Assembly: GCA_964420685.1 (NCBI GenBank)
Contig: CAYQUI010000003.1
Coordinates: forward strand, 4,150 to 68,149
Source: an uncultured Lentisphaeraceae bacterium
GTDB taxonomy: Bacteria; Verrucomicrobiota; Kiritimatiellia; RFP12; UBA1067
Direction: 5' to 3'
DNA: 64,000 nucleotides
Of the stretch, positions 56,014-64,000 are shown one piece after another. Position 1 is the first letter of the stretch. The number at the start of each line of letters is the position of its first letter. Under the pieces are notes generated by a model. That model worked only from the letters and a program-made list of their open reading frames with translations. It did no database searches and was not told where the DNA came from. The position numbers and the translations under genes were made by a program.

Positions 56014-57315
56014 CTAGACGATTCGTTCGATGACAAGCGGCTTCGCCTCCGGGGCGGTCGGCTCGACGCGGAACGCCTTGTAGAGCTCGGCCGCCGCCTT
56101 CTCGAGCCCTTCGGGCGCCGTGGACTTCTCCAGCGTCGCCAGCGGCGCGCCGACGGCGACGCGGTCGCCGACCTGCACGGACAGCGTCACGCCCGCGAGC
56201 GGATCGATCCGGTCGCCCGCCCGCTCCCGGCCCGCGCCAAGCGCCAGCGCGACACGCCCGACACGCTCCGCGTCAATCGCCGTCACAAAACCCGACTTCA
56301 TCGCCTGAATGCGGAACTTGAACGTCGGTGCCTCCCGAAGGCGCGCGAAGCGGTCGAGGTCGCCGCCCTGCGCCGCGACCATCTGCGCGAACTTCGCGAA
56401 CGCCGCGCCGTCCGCAAGACGCGCCTGACACATCGTCCGCGCCGCGTCCAGCGGCAAGTCCCGCGCAAGCGAGACCATGAGCGCCGCCTCCTCGACGCAA
56501 AGGTCGAGGACTCTGCCCGTCCGTTCGCCCTTCAGCATCGCAATCGCCTCGGCGACCTCGTTCGCGTTCCCGACGGCGAACCCCAGCGGCGCGTCCATGT
56601 CCGTGACGAGCGCGGCGGCCTTGCGCCCCGCCGCCCGCGAGGACGTGACGAGCGCCGTCGCGAGCTCGTGCGCCTCTTCGCGCGTCTTCATGAACGCGCC
56701 CGACCCGACCTTCACGTCAAAGACGAGCGTGCCCGCGCCCTCGGCCCACTTCTTCGAGAGAATCGAGCTGCAGATGAGCGGAATGGAGGCGACCGTTCCC
56801 GTGACGTCGCGCAGCGCGTAGAGCTTGCGGTCGGCCGGACAGATCTCCTCGGTCTGCACGGTCATCGAGACGCCGACCTCGGACACGACCCGCTTGAAGG
56901 CGTCCAGCGAAAGCGCGGCATTGTAGCCGGGAATCGTCTCAAGCTTGTCGGCCGTGCCGCCCGTGATGCCGAGGCCGCGCCCCGTGAGGGAGGGCACGGC
57001 GACGCCGCAGGCCGCCGCAAGCGGCTGGACGACGAGCGAGAGCTTGTCGCCGACGCCGCCCGTCGAGTGCTTGTCGGCCGTCGGCAACGGCAGGCCCTGC
57101 CAGTCAACCGTCACGCCCGAACGCATCATCGCGTCCGTAAGGTCGGCCGTCTCGCGCGGCGTCATGCCCCGGCAGCAGACGGCCATCGCAAAGGCGGACA
57201 TCTGGTAGTCGGGAATCTCGCCCCGCGTAAAGCCCGTGACGAACTCGCGGATCTCCGCGCTTCCAAGCGCGTGACCCTCGCGTTTCTTGTCCAACAGCAA
57301 CTTGGCAGCAGTCAT
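56014..57315 (-). CDS. deoA: Thymidine / pyrimidine-nucleoside phosphorylase
   Basis: ...DKHSTGGVGDK...LTGRGLGITGGTADKLE... Start at MTAAKLLL (57315). TGcTATAAT lies 6 nt upstream, so it is a leaderless candidate. Confidence 0.85.
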   Translation of the reverse strand: MTAAKLLLDKKREGHALGSAEIREFVTGFTRGEIPDYQMSAFAMAVCCRGMTPRETADLTDAMMRSGVTVDWQGLPLPTADKHSTGGVGDKLSLVVQPLAAACGVAVPSLTGRGLGITGGTADKLETIPGYNAALSLDAFKRVVSEVGVSMTVQTEEICPADRKLYALRDVTGTVASIPLICSSILSKKWAEGAGTLVFDVKVGSGAFMKTREEAHELATALVTSSRAAGRKAAALVTDMDAPLGFAVGNANEVAEAIAMLKGERTGRVLDLCVEEAALMVSLARDLPLDAARTMCQARLADGAAFAKFAQMVAAQGGDLDRFARLREAPTFKFRIQAMKSGFVTAIDAERVGRVALALGAGRERAGDRIDPLAGVTLSVQVGDRVAVGAPLATLEKSTAPEGLEKAAAELYKAFRVEPTAPEAKPLVIERIV

Positions 57316-57418
57316 GGCCGTATTATAGCACAATGCAGGGATCCCCGGCTGGAGAACCCTGCATTCACTCGGTTCAATCATCCGCCTCATTCAGGCGAAT
57401 GGAACGGATTGGACCAAG

Positions 57419-60400
57419 TCACTTGGTTTCCTCTACCTTGAAAGTAATGGTACCTGTCGCCGCCGCCTTGGCCGCCGTCTTCACCAGCGGTTCGGCTGTC
57501 TCCTTCGCAGGTTTGCAAACGCTGCAGGCATGGGAACCAACGCCTCCCTCCCGAATGAGATAGCGACCAGTAGCCGTTGCAGGGCAAGCCTTCGCCATCA
57601 CGCCTTCGGCATTGACATCCGCCCCTTGGGCGATCAGCCACTGAGCGACCGCCAAATGATCGCCCTCCTCGGCCAACACCAGGTCTCTCTCGGAATAGGC
57701 GGCCCCTGCCTCGGCGAGCAAATCGAGGACATCATGCGAACCAAGTTTGGCCGCCAAGGCAAACGCCGTCATACCGTCCTTGTCAGCCCGGTTGACGAAT
57801 GCCGTCTGATCGGCCTTCGACTTCAGAACGCCAATGAGCGCACGAGCCATCGCCTGCTGATTGCGACGAACCGCCGCGAAAAGCGGCGTCTCGCCATCCT
57901 TGTTGACAGCCAACACTGACGCCACCTTGGCGAGCGCGCGAACCGCCGCGATGCTCCCGGACTTGGCGGCGTAATGGAGCGCCGTGTTACCATTTGCATC
58001 CGTCGCCTCGACATTGGCCCCCGCTTCGGACAATACCTTCATCAGGGAGAGATGCTGCGCGTCGATTGCCAGCATCAGGGCCGTACGCTTGCGAGGGTCG
58101 CGAACGGAAACGCCGTTTACGTCAGCGCCCAGCTTCAGTGCGAACGGGACAACCACCGACTGGTCAAGGTAAGCCGCACCCAACAGGATGCTCGTCGCCT
58201 CCACCGTCGTCAATTTCGCGCCCTTCTTCAGAAGGCGAAACGCCCGCGAATACTCTCCCAAGACAGCATTGATTTCATACGAGGCCTTCTCGCACGAAAT
58301 GCCTAACTGACGGGCAATACCCTCCTCAGCCATCGCAATTTGGGCATCCATCGACACATCCTGATCGATCTGGTCAAGAAGCGCGAGGTACTCCTGCTCA
58401 CAAATGCCCGCCTCCGCAATGGCGAGAGCCGGCGTAAGTTTCGCCGAGAGGGCCGCATTCAGCTCCTCCGTGGTCAACGGCGAGAAACGCGCTTCCAGCA
58501 ACTTGACGACATCCGACTTGACCTGCTCACAGAAGGTCTTGACCTCTTCATCCCTGTAATACTGCGCCATCAGGCTCTTCGACAGTTCCTCCAACGCAGT
58601 CTCAAGGGCCTTGAAGTCAAAGTCGGGCGACCAGTTCCCCTTGCGGCCCTCAAGAAGTTCCGTGATGAGGGCATCAACCTTGTCAACGTACTCGGACGAA
58701 GCCCCTTCCGTCAGATCCAGGGTGACAAGCGCCGCCTTGATGTTCTCAAGCGAGGCCTGAATCTGGTCATACGTATCGTGCACATAAGGATAGTTCACGA
58801 TAAACGCCTTCAGTCCCTTGAAGTCCTTCGCATTGACGAACGCCTCAACCTTCTTGTCGATTCGCGGCAGGAGATAGGCCAACTGTCGCGGATTGACAAC
58901 ACTATTGAGCAATCCCGCCCGAAGGGCATAGAGCTTGGCGTCGGCCGCAGGAACTCCAACGAGTTTCTCATCGCGGATTATCGCACGTGCCTCCACATAG
59001 TCGTCCTCGGCAACCGCCTTTCGGACACGTTCAACCAGACTCGTGTAGAGTGCCTTGAACTGACGATCCTGCCACTCGGCCTTCGCCGCCCCAACCTGAG
59101 CAATCTGTCCCTTGATCAGGTCTTCAATGCGCTTATTGACGGCATTGGTTCCAAGAATGAGTTTGCCGGCGGATTCGCTCGGCTTGTTCATTAGATTGCG
59201 GAGCGCCTCATCAAGTGCCGCAACGATGCCCTTCACATTCTCCGGGGCGGCATGGTAGAGTCGCAATTTCGCCGCATAGGCCTTAAGCTCCCTTTGGTAG
59301 GCCTCCGTGCCTTCTGCGGACGGCTTCTCTCCCGGCTCAATTACGTCCAGGTAATCGACAAGTTTCTGCGCCTCCGCAACCAGGTCGCAGACCGCCTGCG
59401 CCCGCTTCGCCGCCTCGTCTGGATCGGCCCCCAGCGCCTCCGCTTCGGCGCGAACCTTCTTCAGCTGTTCGTCCAGGACCGACGAATGCTGACGAATTCT
59501 CGGATAATCCTTCAAGAAGGCAAGACACGCGTCATACTCATCAGCCGCCATTTTCTCGGCGACCGTCGTCTTGATGTCCTTCTCAATGGCACCCCACTGC
59601 GCCGGATTGATTTCCTTGCGCAGCACGTCGATTCCATTTGTGAAAACCGCCGCATCCATCTCGATGTCACCTGTCGCCGCCAACTGCCAGACAGCCTCAC
59701 GCGCCTCCTCGTACTTGCCATCCGCCAGCAAGGCCATGGCCTTCTGACGCATCGCGGCAACAGCCGAGGCGATCTCCGCCTCGCGAGCTTGCTGACCCAA
59801 GTTCGCAACCAGTTCATCGGTGCGCTTGTTCACGGCCATCGTGCCAATGAAGGGGTAGTCTTTCGTGATGGCATCCACGACGGCGTCCTTCGCAAGGCCC
59901 TTCAGCATCGGCTCAACCGAATTTCTAAAGGACTCGACAATCATGTCGGCATTCGCCTTCGTGCAATTGTAACGGAGGAGGGTCTTGCGATAGTCCTCAA
60001 GTGCTCGGTCATATGCCGCCCTGTCCGGATCAACGGAATCTTTTTGCACGACATTTGTCACCGTATTCGTGACGGAATCGCGCAAATCGATGATCTTCGC
60101 CGCCGCTTCCACAAGTTTCTCCGTTTCCCGGCGAATCGGATCCAACCCCTTCGCGTCAACACCCAGCTTGGCGACCTCATCCTGCACAGCCGCCAGTCGC
60201 TTGTCGATGCTCGCCGAATAGGTGCGGATGCGGGGATAGTTCTCCAGAAAATCCTTGGCCGCCGCATATTCGCCCTTCTCGACGAACGAAGCGACTTTCC
60301 CCTTCAAGTCGGCCTCGATGACCTTCCACTGGGCGGGATTGACACGCGTATTCAGGAATTCAATGCCAAATCCACGAACGGCCTCATCAACCTCGGGCAC

Positions 60401-60928
60401 CGTCGTCGTCGAGGCCCTCCAGATGATTTCACGGGCAAGGGCGTACTTCCCCTCCGCCAACGCCTTCTCCGCCGCAGGAAGAGCCTTCGCACGGATATTC
60501 TCAATCCATGCTGGCCAGACAATTGCCGCTTCAGCTTCACGCATGGCCTTTTCAGATTCCGAGCGCAGAATCTTCAGTTCCTCTTCCGTCAGAGGACTAC
60601 CCGCCAGTTCCTGGAGTTTCGCGTCACTCGGAATCCTATACTTTGTATAGAACGTACCCTGCGCAACCATACTCCTCAACTCTTCCTCAATCAGAGACTT
60701 CTCTTTCGCGAGGGTTTTCGCAATCTTAAGGAGTGTGGCCTCTTCAACAGACACCGTCTTCTCCCGCCCCCTTGCGTCAACCGTCTTAATGGTCGTGGGA
60801 ACTTCGACCACCACTTCCTTCCCCCGCGAATCAACAGTCGTATAGGTGTAGGCCGAACCCGCCATACATCCGGCTACGCAAAGGGCTCCAATAGTGGCAC
60901 TAGATGTCATGCACAACAATCGTTTCAT
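57419..60928 (-). CDS. Giant lipoprotein (1170 aa) with ~140-aa internal repeats and C-terminal ankyrin repeats
   Basis: Lipobox LCVAGC. Three or more repeats containing ...FL(E/K)(N/D)YP(R/Y)(I/V)...KLGVDAKG/EALGADPDE. C-terminal ankyrin repeats (TALMLAI…GANVEATDANGNTALHYAAKSGS…NKDGETPLFAAV…DKDGMTAFALAAKLG). Terminal Cys pair CPATATG…CSVC. Confidence 0.75.
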   Translation of the reverse strand: MKRLLCMTSSATIGALCVAGCMAGSAYTYTTVDSRGKEVVVEVPTTIKTVDARGREKTVSVEEATLLKIAKTLAKEKSLIEEELRSMVAQGTFYTKYRIPSDAKLQELAGSPLTEEELKILRSESEKAMREAEAAIVWPAWIENIRAKALPAAEKALAEGKYALAREIIWRASTTTVPEVDEAVRGFGIEFLNTRVNPAQWKVIEADLKGKVASFVEKGEYAAAKDFLENYPRIRTYSASIDKRLAAVQDEVAKLGVDAKGLDPIRRETEKLVEAAAKIIDLRDSVTNTVTNVVQKDSVDPDRAAYDRALEDYRKTLLRYNCTKANADMIVESFRNSVEPMLKGLAKDAVVDAITKDYPFIGTMAVNKRTDELVANLGQQAREAEIASAVAAMRQKAMALLADGKYEEAREAVWQLAATGDIEMDAAVFTNGIDVLRKEINPAQWGAIEKDIKTTVAEKMAADEYDACLAFLKDYPRIRQHSSVLDEQLKKVRAEAEALGADPDEAAKRAQAVCDLVAEAQKLVDYLDVIEPGEKPSAEGTEAYQRELKAYAAKLRLYHAAPENVKGIVAALDEALRNLMNKPSESAGKLILGTNAVNKRIEDLIKGQIAQVGAAKAEWQDRQFKALYTSLVERVRKAVAEDDYVEARAIIRDEKLVGVPAADAKLYALRAGLLNSVVNPRQLAYLLPRIDKKVEAFVNAKDFKGLKAFIVNYPYVHDTYDQIQASLENIKAALVTLDLTEGASSEYVDKVDALITELLEGRKGNWSPDFDFKALETALEELSKSLMAQYYRDEEVKTFCEQVKSDVVKLLEARFSPLTTEELNAALSAKLTPALAIAEAGICEQEYLALLDQIDQDVSMDAQIAMAEEGIARQLGISCEKASYEINAVLGEYSRAFRLLKKGAKLTTVEATSILLGAAYLDQSVVVPFALKLGADVNGVSVRDPRKRTALMLAIDAQHLSLMKVLSEAGANVEATDANGNTALHYAAKSGSIAAVRALAKVASVLAVNKDGETPLFAAVRRNQQAMARALIGVLKSKADQTAFVNRADKDGMTAFALAAKLGSHDVLDLLAEAGAAYSERDLVLAEEGDHLAVAQWLIAQGADVNAEGVMAKACPATATGRYLIREGGVGSHACSVCKPAKETAEPLVKTAAKAAATGTITFKVEETK

Positions 60929-61196
60929 GTTTTTTGACTGCCTTTCGCCCAAACTGATTGATTCCCCATGAAGCGTGCAGGGCCGACACGATTCATGAGG
61001 TTTCTTAACGCATCCGCGAACCTAAACGATTCTTGGACACCCGTCAAGATGGCAAATGAGAAGACGAAGACTAGACAGGAAACCTGACAAGCCGCTACAT
61101 GTGCGCTTGCGCCCACCGCCAAGGGTCGTTTGCCCCCTTCTACGAGACGAACACGGCTCAAGCCGTTTTCGTCCCCGTCAGTTATTTTTTTGAAGA

Positions 61197-61210
61197 GGGG
61201 GGGGGGGGGG
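61197..61210. repeat. G14 (C14 on transcript) homopolymeric tract
   Basis: Fourteen consecutive G within the 400-nt leader of the ankyrin lipoprotein gene. In the overlapping frame it encodes PPPP. Confidence 0.9.
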
Positions 61211-61335
61211 TAAGTGAGCGAACAAGCACGAAAGCGCGCCCTTTTGCGCACTCATGCATCTCTCCCGGAGGCTCTTAATCTTAAGAAAATCCACCTTCAA
61301 GTCAACTTTAACCCAAAAGTCCTATCCCGTCGCGT

Positions 61336-61365
61336 ATTATACCACACTTCCGACACAGAAAGCAA
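61336..61365 (-). promoter_or_regulatory. Promoter (TTGCTT-N18-TGgTATAAT) driving the long leader of the ankyrin lipoprotein gene
   Basis: -35 at 61360-61365 and -10 at 61336-61344. The nearest downstream minus-strand gene starts at 60928. Confidence 0.4.
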
Positions 61366-61426
61366 CCGCCGCAAATGGTAATATCTAATGCGCGCGTTCG
61401 CGAGTCCCCGTACCCGTCGCAAGACG

Positions 61427-61456
61427 AAAAAAAAAAGCCTCGGCATCTGCCGAGAC
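61427..61456 (-). terminator. Rho-independent terminator after tRNA-Asn
   Basis: Transcript GTCTCGGCAGATGCCGAGGC followed by T10. Confidence 0.6.
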
Positions 61457-61468
61457 TCCCCTCTGAAT

Positions 61469-61543
61469 TGGCTCGGGCGGCTGGATTCGAACCAGCGACC
61501 AATTGATTAACAGTCAACTGCGCTACCACTGCGCCACGCCCGA
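61469..61543 (-). tRNA. tRNA-Asn (anticodon GTT)
   Basis: TCGGGCGTGGCGCAGTGGTAGCGCAGTTGACTGTTAATCAATTGGTCGCTGGTTCGAATCCAGCCGCCCGAGCCA. Confidence 0.85.
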
Positions 61544-61615
61544 ACGTCATCATGAACTTGCGTTCAATGGTGTGTAGTATATCATAGTTGCCGCCTCGCG
61601 CGCAAGTGGGTATTT

Positions 61616-63484
61616 TCATGGCCGCCGCGCCGAGCCATCGGAGGCCGGTTCGGAGAGGAGATCGCCCTGCCGGCGGCCGCGTTCCTCCATGAGGTCGGCG
61701 AGCGGATCGTCGTCGCCCGCCTCCTCCAGCTCCTCCGGACGGTCAGGCGGAATCATGAGGTAGCGCAAAGCCGCCGTCGTCAGCCGCTTGAAGACAGGCG
61801 CCGCCGAGTTGCCGCCCTGATGATAGCGCGTGCGCGCCTCGAAGTCGAGCGTGACGAGGACGACAAGCTCCGGCTCGCCCGCCGGGACAATGCCGCAGAA
61901 CGTCGCACGGTAAAGCCCCGGATAGTAGCCGCGTCCGCCCGGGATCTGCTTCTGCGCCGTGCCCGTCTTGCCGGCGATCGAATACCCCCGGATCGCCGCC
62001 CGCCGCGCCGTGCCCTTCGGCGTCGCGACGTCCCGCATCATCTCGCGCGTCGCGCGTGCCGCCGACGCCGAAATCGCGCGCGCCGCCGGCGTCGGCTCGC
62101 CGCGATAGGCCACCGTCCCGTCCGCCCGCACGACGCGATCGACAATGTAGGGCTTCATCCGGAGACCGTCGTTCGCGATCGCCTGGAACGCGCCCGCGAG
62201 CTGGATCGCCGTCACGGCGACGAACTGCCCGATGCCCGCGCGCGACTGCGAGGCCTTGTCCCACGCGCGCTTGTGCGGATCAGGCAGGATGCCGAACTGC
62301 TCGCCCGGCAGCTCGATGCCCGTCTTCGCGCCAAAGCCGAACTTCTTGAAGGCGGAATAGAGGCGACGCGGGCCGAAGTCGTAGGCGAGCTTGCCGATGA
62401 CGATGTTCGAGGAGTGGACCAGCGCGTCCTTCACCGTCATCATCGGCTCCCAGACGTGCGAGCCGTCGCCCGGCAGACGGTAGTACTTCGGGTCGTCGCG
62501 ATTCGTCCGATAGAGGCTCGTCGGGCGCACAACCCCCGCATCGACCGCCGCCGCGACCGTGATCGCCTTCATGACGGAGCCGGGCTCGTAGTTGAAGGCG
62601 ACGGCGCGGTTGAGCTTCGCGTCGTCCGGCGTGCGCCCGAACGCAAGCGGCTCGAAGTCCGGCAACGAGGCCATCGCGAGCACCGCGCCCGTCTTTGCGT
62701 CCATGACGATGCACCAGCCCGACGCCGCGCCGTATTCCGCGACGCCCCACTTGAGCGCGTCCTCCGCCTCGAACTGGATGTTGTGGTCAATCGTCAGGTA
62801 GACGTCCGCCCCCGGAATCGGATCGATCGAGACCTGGCGCTTGTCGTAGAGCTCGCGTCCGCGCGCATCGCGCATCCCCTGAATCGTGCCCGGTGTCCCC
62901 GTCAGTTCGCGGTTGAAGCGCAGCTCGACGCCCGCCGACCCGACGTATTCGGCGTTGACGCTGCCAAGGACGTGCGCAAGCCGCCGTCCATGCAGGTACT
63001 GGCGCACCTGCGTGTCGTGGATCGCGACGCCCGCGACGAGCCGCGAATCGGCGAGCGTCCGGTGCGCGTTCGGGTCGGACGACAGCGCGAGAAACTGGTC
63101 GCGGTAACCCCGGCGCGGCGGCGCGTTCGCCATCCGCAAGACCTTCTGGTACTCGAGCCCCAGCGCGTCCGCAATCGTCCGCACGATCGCCTCCTTCGCG
63201 CGCGGACGCTTCTCGCCGCGCGGACGCACAAGCGCGTTCGTAAGCGCGACCGGATCGAGCGCATACTCCCAGTAGGGGACGGACTTGGCGAAGGGATACC
63301 CCTTTCCCTTGCAGGAGTAGATGCCGCCGCGCGGCGCCGGGACCTGGCGCGTGAAGACGTAGTCAGGCGCGGCGACCTTCGGATCGACGTGCGCGCGCAC
63401 GAGCTTCTGGGTCGAGTAGAGCGCGAAAAGCCCCAACAGGACGACGGGAAACCAGAACCGCCAATTCTCGCCGCGCATCGGCAT
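61616..63484 (-). CDS. ftsI: Peptidoglycan D,D-transpeptidase (class B PBP, FtsI/PBP2-like)
   Basis: N-terminal TM, dimerisation domain, and SVMK / SSN / KTGT transpeptidase motifs. Confidence 0.85.
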   Translation of the reverse strand: MPMRGENWRFWFPVVLLGLFALYSTQKLVRAHVDPKVAAPDYVFTRQVPAPRGGIYSCKGKGYPFAKSVPYWEYALDPVALTNALVRPRGEKRPRAKEAIVRTIADALGLEYQKVLRMANAPPRRGYRDQFLALSSDPNAHRTLADSRLVAGVAIHDTQVRQYLHGRRLAHVLGSVNAEYVGSAGVELRFNRELTGTPGTIQGMRDARGRELYDKRQVSIDPIPGADVYLTIDHNIQFEAEDALKWGVAEYGAASGWCIVMDAKTGAVLAMASLPDFEPLAFGRTPDDAKLNRAVAFNYEPGSVMKAITVAAAVDAGVVRPTSLYRTNRDDPKYYRLPGDGSHVWEPMMTVKDALVHSSNIVIGKLAYDFGPRRLYSAFKKFGFGAKTGIELPGEQFGILPDPHKRAWDKASQSRAGIGQFVAVTAIQLAGAFQAIANDGLRMKPYIVDRVVRADGTVAYRGEPTPAARAISASAARATREMMRDVATPKGTARRAAIRGYSIAGKTGTAQKQIPGGRGYYPGLYRATFCGIVPAGEPELVVLVTLDFEARTRYHQGGNSAAPVFKRLTTAALRYLMIPPDRPEELEEAGDDDPLADLMEERGRRQGDLLSEPASDGSARRP

Positions 63485-63490
63485 GGCGCG

Positions 63491-63919
63491 TCAGCGGCGG
63501 ACTCGGCGCTTCGGACGCGCGGACGGCGCGACATAGCTCGCCGTCGCCGACGTGCCCGCGCGCTGCCGAAGGCGCGTGAGCGCAAGCTGGTTCGGGTACG
63601 GCACACCGCGCGCGTTCAGGCGAATGCACTGGTCGGCGCGCGGCGTTGACATCTTAAGCCCATGGCGGAACAGCGCGGCCTCGACCTTCTCCGGCGTCTT
63701 CATCTCCTCCCAGCGCGTCGATTCTCGGCGGTGCGACTCCTCTAGTTTCGCGAGTTCGCGTTCCTTCTGCCCCTTCTCGTTCAGAAGCTGCGTACAACTC
63801 GACGACGAGAGGAGGTTCAAGATGACCATCACAAAGAAGAACACGATGATCGCGCCAAAGCGCATCGAGTTCGCCGCAATGACGGACATCCGTTTCGAGA
63901 CTTTCCTGTTTTTCCGCAT
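63491..63919 (-). CDS. FtsL/FtsB-like septum protein (small bitopic, coiled coil)
   Basis: 142 aa. TM FGAIIVFFFVMVILNLL, then a coiled coil ELAKLEESHRRESTRWEEM. Sits directly upstream of ftsI. Confidence 0.5.
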   Translation of the reverse strand: MRKNRKVSKRMSVIAANSMRFGAIIVFFFVMVILNLLSSSSCTQLLNEKGQKERELAKLEESHRRESTRWEEMKTPEKVEAALFRHGLKMSTPRADQCIRLNARGVPYPNQLALTRLRQRAGTSATASYVAPSARPKRRVRR

Positions 63920-64000
63920 TTTTCTAGACCCTTTCGACCACGCGCAGCTTCGCGCTCCGCGCCCTCGGATTCAATTCAAGCTCTTCCGCGCCCGCAACCA

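Noticed and set aside
61308-61619. 103-aa minus ORF
   Set aside because: It overlaps tRNA-Asn and its terminator. It has no SD or domains.

Overview
This is a high-GC (~65%) bacterial chromosomal window (bases 1-64000). Almost every gene lies on the minus strand, and the long plus-strand ORFs in the supplied track are antisense artefacts.

Main content, in order along the window:
- A eukaryote-type hexokinase.
- A plus-strand tRNA cluster (Arg-ACG, initiator Met, Pro-GGG).
- A tryptophan operon remnant (trpC-trpB fusion, trpA, trpF) preceded by a classical leader-peptide attenuator.
- A ribH-pfp-(ACP/FkbH/GNAT)-alr gene string.
- putP.
- A UDP-sugar pyrophosphorylase-eda-GH16-MFS sugar operon.
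- nusA-infB.
- murD-LysM lipoprotein-ftsW.
- ribE and an SPFH protein.
- A PEGA / FHA / TadB-C-like trio.
- rmuC, an amidase and psd.
- tRNA-Arg(TCT).
- A GspE/PilB ATPase with a divergent leaderless esterase gene.
- An NptA Na/Pi symporter.
- A TPP riboswitch controlling thi4-thiE.
- A lolE-TonB-like-exbD-exbD-exbB cluster with two TPR proteins.
- murJ-udk-like-nadK.
- pdp plus a GspG-like pseudopilin.
- A 1170-aa ankyrin-repeat lipoprotein with a long leader carrying a G14 homopolymer.
- tRNA-Asn, ftsI and an ftsL-like gene.

No CRISPR array, IS element or prophage was seen.

Recurring signals worth attention:
- Promoters of the form TTGnnn, an 18-bp spacer, then (TGn)TATAAT.
- Several apparently leaderless mRNAs.
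- An in-frame G-quadruplex-like (GTTTGGGGG)n repeat inserted into two unrelated genes.
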